A model generated the notes under the pieces. It made no database searches, had not been told where the DNA came from, and worked only from the letters and a program-made list of their open reading frames with translations. The position numbers and the translations under genes were made by a program. 64,000 nt of DNA from Azolla caroliniana (Eukaryota > Plantae > Polypodiophyta), in contig JBHGNT010000012.1 in NCBI GenBank assembly GCA_043228905.1, forward strand, positions 7,936,001-8,000,000, given 5' to 3'. The stretch's first letter is position 1. Each line of letters begins with the position of its first letter. Positions 11,001-22,530 of the stretch are shown here, piece by piece.

Positions 11001-13700
11001 AAATTACTTCAAGTGAGTTTTATCCAGCCGGTGAAGAAGGTAACATGGCTAAGCCTGATTGTGGTAGTTCCCAAGAAGAATGGCAAAATTCAGGTATGCG
11101 TGGATTTTCGGAAATTAAATGCCGCAATAGTCATGGATGTGTTTCCACTCCCATTTACAGATGGAGTTCTGGAAACAGTAGCCGGGCATGAGATATATAG
11201 CTTTCTCGACGGATTTAGTGGATACAACCAAATTCGAATGTGACCGGAAAACCAGGAGAAGACAACATTCGTTACGGAATGAGGAGTCTTTGTAACAGTA
11301 GTAATGATGTTCGGATTAAAGACGACACTTGCAACTTTTCAGCGGATCATTATGGAGATATTTGGGGAGTTCATCCCGACGTTCATGCAGGTGTTCCTAG
11401 ATGATTTTGCGGTATACGGCCAGAAAGGGGAACACCTGGATCATCTCTGGTTATGTTTAGAGAAGTGCCGGGGGTACCGGTTGAGCTTGAACCCGGCGAA
11501 ATGTGTGTTCGGAGTGAAGAGTCGAACATTCTTAGGACACATCGTGAGCAAAGAAGGCATCACGATCGATCAGGATAAAGTAAAAGCAATTTTGGGAGCA
11601 CCACTACCGGCAAATGCCAAAGCACTAAGCCAGTTTTTAGGTCAGATCCGGTGGCACAGCCGGATGCTTCGGTTTTTGGCCGATTTTGCGACACCCGTAC
11701 ATACAGCCCGTACACCGAATCCCATTCCAATGGACGGAGCAGGAGGACATGTCATACCACATGCTGAAAGTGATGCTGTCATAGGCATCGGTAGTACAAC
11801 CTCCAGATTGGACTAAGGAATTTCATGTGTTTGTGGACGCATCCGATATTGCCATTAGCAACGTTCTCATGCAACTCACCCAACCATGGTGGTACCAGCT
11901 GGTTTATTATGCCAGTAGGAAGCTCTCGTAGGCAAACCGAAATTACTCTACGACAGAACGAGAAGCCTTGGGGATGGTGTACAGTGTAACGAAGTTTCGC
12001 CACTACCTTTTGGGACAAAAATTTTCCTTTCACGTGGATCATTTGGTTTGCTTTACTTGGTCTCCAAGTCACCCTTAACCGGCAAGCTAGCATGGTGGAC
12101 GCTGCTATTACAGGAGTTCGAATTCGACATCTACCACAGACTAGGAGTGCAACATGCAGTAGCAGATTACTTGAGCCGGTTAGAATCCGGGGAGGCAGGC
12201 GACGGAGTCCGGGACGAGTTTCCGGATGCACAATTGTTTAGGGTAACTGCGGAAAACATGGTGGACGAGATGATGGCCGACGAAGACAAGTGGCTTATGA
12301 ATATTCATCATTTTCTGAGCTCCGGACTGCCGACGGAGGAGTTAAACCGAGACAAGAGGAAATGGTTGGCGGCACAAAGCCGCCACTTTTGTTTACTATA
12401 GGACACGTTATACCATTGTGCGGTCTGGAGCGATGGAATTTGGCGATGTGCGGTCAGGAGCGACGAAAAAGACGTAATCCTACAGGAAGCTCATTGTGGA
12501 GTGGCAGGAGGCCACTATGCCGGAGACGCAACGACAAGGAAAATATGGAGAAGCGGATTATGGTGGCCCACAACACTAAAAGACGCTATTCGATATGCAA
12601 GGGAATGCGACCTCTATCAAAGAATGGGCCAGCCAATGGAGAAAGCAAGGATGCCGCATCAGCCGGTGTTACCGTTGGATCCCTTCCGAAAATGGGGATT
12701 GGATTTTATCGGACCATTCAAACCATCGGTGATGAGAACCGGTGACCAGTACATTATTGTTGCAATGGATTATTGCATGAAGTGGGTGGAAGCAAAAGCA
12801 CACAGAGATAATATTGCGGCATCGACAATGAAATTTCTATATGAGCACATTTGGTGCCATTACGGATGTCCGATTGAGTTGATTAGCGATCAGGGTGGCC
12901 AATTCCTCGGACATGTGATGGAGAGCTTAAGGACATTCTGCGTAGTGATGCCTAAGTGCAGTACACCATACTACCCACAGGCCAACAGATTAGCGGAGTC
13001 CACCAACAAGACACTTCAGAATATTCTACGGAAGATTGTCAATGAAAACCAGACTGATTGAGACACAAAGCTACAGAGCGTGCTATGGGCATACCAAACA
13101 TCATATAAGACAAGTCTCTGGACAACACTGTTTCGGTTAGCTTTTGGATTGGAAGCGGTAATGCCTATGGAGTTTCAAATTCTGAGTTTACGAATACAGA
13201 TCCGGGAGAGGTTGAGCGAGAAAGAATCGGAAAAACTCTGGCTGTTAACATTGTGTGAGTTGGAGGAGCACCAGATAGTTTCTGTACTCCAGTTGGAGCT
13301 TGAACAAAAACGGCGGAAAGCGTTCATCGACAGGCACTGGAAGGGGAATGAAAAGCTGTTCAAGATCGGCAAGGCGGTACTGGTATTCCAGACCCGGATG
13401 GGCAAGATGCCGGGAAAACTACGGTTTCGGTGGACCGGACCATACTGGATAACACGAGAATTCAAGGGGTCCTATCAATTAGGAACGTTGGCCGGTGAAA
13501 TCCTAGAGAAGTGGGTAAACGGTTTCCGACTGAAACCTTATCATGGATCGATGCCACAAAATCCGTTCAAGCAATCAGATGATGGAGTGGAAACCGGGAG
13601 TGGTAACCAGATATCCGGTAACCAAGAGGCGCTTAAACTGGATCCGGTAGTGCCGGCTACTATGGGAAAAAGAAAAAAAGATGATAAATGGACACCCTGA
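8025..13700 (+). pseudogene. Degenerate gag-pol (Gag with 3 CCHC knuckles, PR, RT, RNase H, integrase)
   Basis: IVDGGSGVN protease; FAWSYEDMRGLDP, FPLPF..FLDGFSGYNQI and VFLDD RT; FHVFVDASD/ADYLSRLE RNase H; WGLDFIGP, ISDQG, YYPQAN integrase; many stops. Confidence 0.9.
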
Positions 13701-13960
13701 AATGGTGTGACGTCAGCTATTTAAAGCGCATCACGCGGCGTACAATCCTTATTATGGTACACAACGTGCATGCGTGAGAACCAAGAAAAGGCGGCAAAAT
13801 GGGAACACAAAACATCTGCGTCACAGAAGCGTTTTCATTTCACGAGAACAGACCGTACAAAGAGCAGAGACGGATACAGATTATCCAACGCGCACAAACA
13901 GGAAGCATCGGTGTGCCAAAGCTCCCTAGCACAAGCGAAACTGACAATGACCTTGAACCA

Positions 13961-16708
13961 ATGGCGCTCTCTGAAACGGCAAAGAAGTGGCTAACCCAGA
14001 ATGGAATGGAGGGTTTCCTCCGGGTAGTTGAAGCCCCTCATCACGAAGAACCGGAAAAGGTCGTGCAGAAAATCGACCTTGAAGAAATCACGGAGGACGC
14101 TATTCGAGTCCTCATTGGTCTACCAGAGGGAGGGCTTTTCTCCATCGAGAATCCTTCCCCAGAGACATTGACAAGGTTCTTCAACAAATACTCCCTCGCC
14201 AGCAAAGCGTACCAGACACAGGGAGGTGAAGATGCCCTGTTTCGAGAAGTAGCCCGTGTGCTTCATGAATACGGCTTCATACACCCTCGCCCTCAAGTGA
14301 TGCCTAAGAACAAGGCCGGTTTCATCGTCGCAACATATGAAGGGATTCGAGTGGATTGGCCGGTGATCACCGCCGATTCATTGCGAGCGGCCATCCAATC
14401 GATTGTGGATGGAAAGAAGGTCTGGACCGTGGTGGCACAGTGGCTCACCCTTCTTGCACCCTTGGTACTAGCCATAAAAGACAAGAAATGGCCTCGAACG
14501 ACGGAAACAACTCCCACCAAGCTATCTAAGAGACAACAACTCCTTGCCAAGCACACTCTTGGATGGTTAGAGGGAGGATCGGTGCAAAAGGAACAGGAAC
14601 CGTCAACACAGACGGAAAAGGAAAAACCAAGCCAAAAATAGTAGGCGGAGAAGGAGGCGTCGACAGAGCTACCAGTGAAGCCCCTAAAAATAAAACTGCA
14701 CTGACAAGCGTGAGATCTGCCCACCTTGGCTCAAAAGATTAACATTGAAATCCAGGAGGAGGAGGTGGACGAAGAACCCGTCGACAATCTCCAACATCGC
14801 CAGCGAAGACGCAACGCAGAGGAGCACAGGGACGGATCGGATCCGGAGAAGGAAAGCACACCGACTCCCCGCGCCAAGGGACAAGAGCCAAGGCAGGAGA
14901 CTAGGCCTGTTCGGCCAAAAGCGGTGGCACTGGTTATACCAAAACCGGTGACGAAACTACACATCTCATCGGGTCGACAGGCGCAACAAGAACAGGAGTT
15001 GCGGTCGGAGCCAGTAGTACAACTAGGGCTCGAGGCGAGACCAAAGCCGGCACCACAACCGGAACCGTCAAGACAACAAGGCACCAACAATCAATGGCTG
15101 TGTTGGATCGGAGGGCAGGTAGCTGGGGTGGTGAGCCGCATAGAAGAAGAAGAAAAAGCGCAAAGGGATTGGTTGTTCACCACCACCAAGGAATTGGAGA
15201 AGGCCCAAACACGAATCGGGAACTTGGAGGAAGACCTAGAGAAGGCCAAGGCAGACGCGGCCAAGGAGGTCCTGACCGAGCCAACTATATCAGAATCGGT
15301 GGCACCGGGTAATTTACAAACAAGCACTGAACCGGTGGCTTCTACAGAACCGGAAAGAAATAATGCACAAGAATAGGAACTCTCCACCCTAAGGGAGGAG
15401 TTAGCAGCTCAGGGGGCTTTTTGGGCTAGAGAAAGGGAGCAAAAGAAGACAATGGAGATGGAGAAGCGGAAAATAGAAGAAAACCTCCAAAAGACTTAGG
15501 CAGCCAACGACCGGTTAAAAGTAGAAAAAGACAAACTGCTGCAAGACAAAGACAAGCTGCATTGGATGGCAGAGGGAGAGATTGAACGATTGAAAGAAGA
15601 GCTCCGGCAACAGAAAGAAAGAGAAGACCGAGCAAGAAGTCAAATCAACCAGAGGTTAAATTAGAAGACCGAGGACTTTGAAAGACTGCACCGGGATCAC
15701 AAGCACTTGGAAGCAGAGCACGAGAAGTTGATGGCAGAATGTGTCCGGCAATAGGAGAAGATTAGAGAACTCCAGAATGAAGTAACCAAGAAAATGGAGG
15801 CACTGGCGGAAAAACGAACGAAGGCGGTTGAGTCGGCAAAGCTGCTAGAGGAAGTGGCAAGGGAAAGGACGGTGCTCATCGGACAACACTATGAAGAGAT
15901 GGAACGAGCAAAATTGGCTCTTAATAGGGTTCAGACAACTTATTAGACTCAATTGCTGGAATATGGGGTGCAAGCAGAAGCAACCATGGGCCTGATAAAG
16001 AAGTTAAAGGAGGAAAAGCAGGCTATGGAGGACAAATCCAAGATGGGGCTCAACCGGATCCCCGCCATTGTGCTAGCATGAAAAGCAACGACAAAGAGTA
16101 TGATTGATGAAAGCTCAGTGCAATGGTGGTCTAAATGGGTACAACAGGCGGCGGAATTATAGGCTCTGTGAGCGGATGCTGAGAACAGGAGAACGAATGG
16201 TGAGAACTTCTATAAGATGGATGTAGAGAGTATTGTAACCAACCGGGAAGAGTTGTCGGACAATTTTTTGTCCTTGACAGGAGAACAACTGGCGGCTGTA
16301 AGACGGCTAGTGTAACAGTTAGATGATGACCAACTCGAGACTCAACTCCAATTCGCATGATTCGAACGGGAGCATAGACGGTAGGAGGCGTCGCGAAGGA
16401 TGACGACGATCAACATAAGTGATGGAGAGCAATCTCCGGAGCAACCACCGAATCCAGCCGGATGAAGCTAGAATGGATCAATCGGGAGAGATGTACCGGA
16501 GCAGTCAGCAGAAGTCGAATAGGAGCAGTCGGATGCGGAAAGAGCGAAGGTGAGAGCATATGAACCAGGAGAAGACGCAATTGCCGGAGCAGGAAGGCAT
16601 CAGCCATAACAGCAAGAGCCGTAGCAGGAATTAGAGCAAGAGCGGCAAAGTGAGGAACCCCTCGAACCTCTTGACCAGAGCATTCTGGACATACTTGATG
16701 AAGAATAG
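13961..16708 (+). pseudogene. Additional 3' sense ORF (globular N-terminus plus long coiled coil), disrupted
   Basis: ORF fragments 13799..14641 and 14726..15376 plus E/K/Q-rich downstream reading, ending ..LDQSILDILDEE* at 16708. Confidence 0.65.
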
Positions 16709-16720
16709 TGGAGCTAACCC

Positions 16721-16760
16721 GTGGGTTCGACGTACAATGTACTGTCCCACGGGTGTGCCA
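16721..16760 (+). promoter_or_regulatory. tRNA-Arg(UCU) 3'-end-like motif at the PPT position
   Basis: GTGGGTTCGA[CGTACAATGTACT]GTCCCACGGGTGTGCCA, 2 nt before the LTR TG; no purine tract present. Confidence 0.7.
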
Positions 16761-16762
16761 TG

Positions 16763-17104
16763 TGTTGGGTAGTGGCGGCCAAGTATGGAAGGAGGAAGAG
16801 GCAAGCTGGTTCCTAGAAAAATAATTAAATAACTAAGAATTATGTTAGGAACGAACGGATCTGGAAGAGGTATGTCGATTCGGATCCAGACTGGTTCATA
16901 GCCAGTTGCCAGTTAGGCACCATTTTGTAGCACAGAACAGATGCTTATAAAAGGATCTAGATATCATTGTATGAAGGACGAAACATTAATATAAGAGCAT
17001 GTTATTATTGTCTATCTGATCTTTATTCCGTCCCGTGTTTAATGTATTGAATCGGATCTCCACTAGACGTTAACCGGTTGATGCCTATCGGAGTTGGAAA
17101 TTCC
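16763..17104 (+). repeat. Inverted portion of the 3' LTR
   Basis: Reverse complement of ~17200-17569; TATA-like CTTATAAAAG near 16945. Confidence 0.85.
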
Positions 17105-17107
17105 ATC

Positions 17108-17117
17108 GTGGTCGCCA
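17108..17117 (-). promoter_or_regulatory. Primer binding site (TGGCGACCAC, tRNA-Arg(UCG)-like, 10-nt match)
   Basis: Follows LTR end ..GAGTAACA-TAGTTT on the minus strand; same 10-mer after the LTR at 53434-53443. Confidence 0.6.
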
Positions 17118-17123
17118 AAACTA

Positions 17124-17569
17124 TGTTACTCCCGGGCCGGACTAGCCACTAACACAGGGTGTCCTTCTGGATCCCTTCACCAAAGGGGTGGTTGTGGTAA
17201 GGATTTCAGACTTCGATAGGCTTCAACCGGTTAACGTCCGGTGGAGATCAGATTCACAACACACAGTGTTACACGCGTAAGATCAATACATTAAACACAT
17301 GACGGAATAATGATCAAATAGACAATAATAACATGCTCTTATATTAATGTTCCGTCCTTCATACAATGATATCTGGATCCTTTATAAGCATCCGATCTGT
17401 GCTACAAAACGGTGCCTAATTGGCAACCAGCTATGAATCGGTCCGGATCCGAATCGGCATACCTCTTCCAGATCCGTCCGTTCCTAACATAATTCTTAGT
17501 TATTTAATTATATTTCTAGGAACCATCTTGCCTTTTCCTCCTTCCAAACTTGGCCGCCAGTGCCCAACA
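17124..17569 (-). repeat. Complete 5' LTR (446 bp) of the inner Arg-type element
   Basis: TGTT..AACA termini, adjacent PBS and TSD. Confidence 0.85.
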
Positions 17570-19324
17570 AAACGCAAAGACTCAACGAGGAGGTCAAAGC
17601 TCAAACGACGATCGCGGCAAAAGCTAAAAGAGTGGTGGACCTCGCCGAGAGGGAGATAGAGCAACTCCACTCCGAACTCCAACAATCGTTAGATTAGGTG
17701 ATGGACATCCGAGCAAAGGCGAGGAAGGGCGTGAGAGTGATCCAAGACAAGTTGGACGCCGAGGTCATGGCCCAGAAATAAACAATTGAAGTGCTCAACA
17801 AATAGACGGAAGCAGTCGGTTGAGTCGAGGGTATCATCGAGGCATTGCGCGAGGCCGTGCAAAAGAAACGCCATTGCTATGATGAGAAGATCGAGAACGA
17901 GCACTAAATGAAGAGAGAGGTTGAAGAACAATTGAATAAGGAAATGGGCCGTCTAGAAGAATTGCATGAGAAAGAGTCGAAGCTCTGGTAGGAGGTAAAA
18001 TCACGGTACGAAACATAGGCAGCCTCCAACACCAACAAAATAAAAAATCTCAAGACGGGCATCCAAGTAATGTAGACGAAAACCGAGAGAATTAAAGTCC
18101 TACTAACGACCAACATGGAGAGATTCAACCACCAGCTCAAGGAAGCACTAGACCGGGGCTGGGCTGAATGGGCGAAGCAGGCAACGGAGCTCCATACCTA
18201 TTGGGCCGACCAGGAGAATCGACAGAAAGAAGGCAATGGATTTTATAAACAAAACGAAGAAATCATCACTATGGTCCACAAGGACCTTGTACAAGAATAT
18301 CAAGCCCTAGCCGATGACCAGCACCTCGAAGAAATCGCCTAGCTGTTAGAGGAATTTGACGACAGCCCGATCGAAACCTTGCTCGAACTCCAGGTGTATA
18401 AAAACGAACGAAAATAGGCGAAGCAAAGTAAAGGGTCGAAAACCATATCGCTTCCCGATAGTGCCTACGAAGAGCACATAGTGGAAGACAACGAGAGGCC
18501 GGAAGACACCACGATGCCAAACCTACCATCAAAGACGCACCCGGAACCTGCCGAAGCCCTGACAGAAGAAACACCGCAAATGGAGCCCCTCAATAGCCAT
18601 CCCCTGAACAACCATGAGGAAGGAGGCCCAGAACCCGAGTAGACGACAACAACTGAACTATAGCTGGGAGGGACAATCGAAACAACAACCGAGCCAGGGT
18701 GAATAGAGCCAATCGGTCCCCCTGAACCTACCACACTAGAGTCGATGGTGCAGATGATGACACAACCCAAGACACCCACGGTGGCCCCCATTGACATGGC
18801 TTACTAGAGCGAGCATCCTGGACATCTTCGACGACGCATGAAAGTCCTGATGGGTTCAACTGTGCATGCATTGTTCCACAAACGTGTCATGTGTTGGCTA
18901 CCTCGGATGACCAAGTGGGAAAGGTAGAAAAGAGAGGAGACAAAAGGGATGGTTATGGCAAGCAAAGAAGAAGGCTGGGGCCGAAACGTAATTAAGAAGG
19001 CATAATAGCCAAAACATTCATGAGGGGTAACGATTCACGTGCCGAGCGTAACCACCCATGACCCTATATAAAGGCAAAACCACGAGAGTTCACAGACTCC
19101 GAACATGATAACTATAGGAGAGAGGAAGGGTAAAATAGGAGACTCAGAGGCAATGACCTCGAGCTCTATATCTTCGCCAACCGGCGGTTATAACAGATAC
19201 AAGTTGCCTCCTCGAGCTCTATATCTTCGCCAACCGGCGGTTATAACAGATACAACCTTTTGTATCTGTCTCTATCTTTGTACAACAACTAAAAACTAAC
19301 AACTAACTAACAGTTCTTCCAACA
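17570..19324 (+). mobile_element. Outer Athila/Tat-related element, right part (coiled-coil extra ORF, tRNA-like motif 18850-18889, 3' LTR ~18892-19324)
   Basis: E/K/Q-rich degenerate ORF ending ..SILDIFDDA*, TGTTGG..CCAACA LTR-like termini, CCCTATATAAAGG TATA near 19065; right boundary approximate. Confidence 0.65.
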
Positions 19325-19724
19325 CAACCAATAAGTTTTGCCCTAGTTATATTCATAGAATGAACCATATGTATCATACGTGCATTTGCATTCGAGAATG
19401 ATTCAATCAAACGTGTATGGTAAATCATCTCAAAGTTGGGTTGGATTGAAAAATTGGATTGGATTGGATTGACTAGGGTCTATATTATATATTGATTCAC
19501 TCTCAATCCCAATAAGTGGACTCTAATCCATTGTGAACCACCAACATAAGTATGGTTGCAATATTTGCATTGTATCACATGCATACTTTTGGGATGCAAA
19601 TCAAGACATCTCTATCATCCTCACTTTAAAACTTTACAAAAAAATGAGTATGAACTATAGAGATTGAATCAAAATATGTCATTATAAATTATAATCAAAC
19701 GTTCAAAAACTCATAAAACGTATA

Positions 19725-20330
19725 TTCGAGAATATGAAGAAAACATGACATAAGCAGTAGTAGCATAACAACTTACCACTAGGGTGACCTAATTTCTAAT
19801 AACAAAGAAAGAAAAAAGAAAAAAAACTCATTAAATGTATATTCGCGAATATGAAGAAAACATGACATAGGCAGTAGTAGCATAACAACTTACCACTAGA
19901 GTGACAATTTCTAATAACAAAGAAAGAAAGAAAAAGGAACATGACACTAACATAAAATTTTGCCATGACATAGGCAGTAATAGCATAACAACTTACCACT
20001 CGGGTGAGCTAATTTCTAATAACAAAGAAAGAAAGAAAAAGAAGAAAAAGGAACATGACACTAACAAGAGGATATGAGAAAGTTGGGAATTGAACCCAAG
20101 ACACAAGTAATAGTAGCACAACAACTTACCATTAGGTTATGCTTAGTTCTAATAATAAAAAAATAAAATAAAAAAATTATTATAACACTAATATAAAATG
20201 TTGCTATGACATGGTACTAATGAGAGAGAGAGAGAGAGATGAAAATATTGGGAATCGAACCCAAGACATAGACAACAATAGCATGACTCCTTACTACTAG
20301 GGTGAGCAAAATTATAATGACAATAAATGA
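19725..20330. repeat. Degenerate tandem array of ~110-190-bp units
   Basis: ACATGACATAGGCAGTAGTAGCATAACAACTTACCACTAGGGTGA..TTTCTAATAACAAAGAAAG recurs about 5 times. Confidence 0.8.
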
Positions 20331-20454
20331 AAAAAATGAAAAAAAAAGGAGCATGTATTTTTCCCATTTCAAACGTGTTCGTTTCCAAACGTTTCCAAAC
20401 ATTTGAATGCTTGCATGAACATGAATATTACGTTCTATGGTTATATTTATAGTT

Positions 20455-20645
20455 ATATAAATTTAGGGCTATTTACAAGTATGGCCTCAACAAGTGCATC
20501 AAAACATATTTACTAATATTTCCTTTCTTCTGGTTCACACTGGATCCGGCCGGATACCTTTCGGATCCATCCGGTCTAGTTTCTTCCTCCGGCTTTTCCG
20601 GATCCAACTCGTCCGATCTCATCCGGAGGGACCATTTTCCCAACA
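20455..20645 (-). repeat. LTR fragment of a Tork/Tnt1-like copia family
   Basis: GGGCTATTTACAA.TAT.GCCTCAA..ACATATTTAC..TTTCCCAACA is shared with solo LTR 30859-31374 and, in reverse complement, with 34256-34440. Confidence 0.65.

Positions 20646-22530
<1,885 letters not shown>

Larger units (their letters stand above)
7783..17569. mobile_element. Full-length Athila/Tat-related (non-chromovirus) gypsy element, inserted in minus orientation, with internal region 7898-17114 subsequently inverted
   Basis: Termini TGTTACTC (7783) and GCCCAACA (17569), TSD caacg/aaacg. 7783-7897 is a direct copy of the start of LTR 17124-17569. 16763-17104 is the reverse complement of the rest of that LTR. Confidence 0.8.

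Noticed and set aside
16721-16760. Genuine tRNA-Arg gene
   Set aside because: Only the T-arm and 3' acceptor strand are present, CCA is encoded, and there is no D or anticodon arm.
16763-17569. DIRS-like or foldback element with inverted terminal repeats
   Set aside because: The element encodes a DDE integrase and no tyrosine recombinase. TSD and junction duplications are fully explained by an internal inversion of an ordinary LTR element.
18835-18890. Hammerhead ribozyme (GAAA..CTGATG)
   Set aside because: Core is CTGATGG, not CTGANGA, the stems are missing, and the motif is absent from the two homologous sites.
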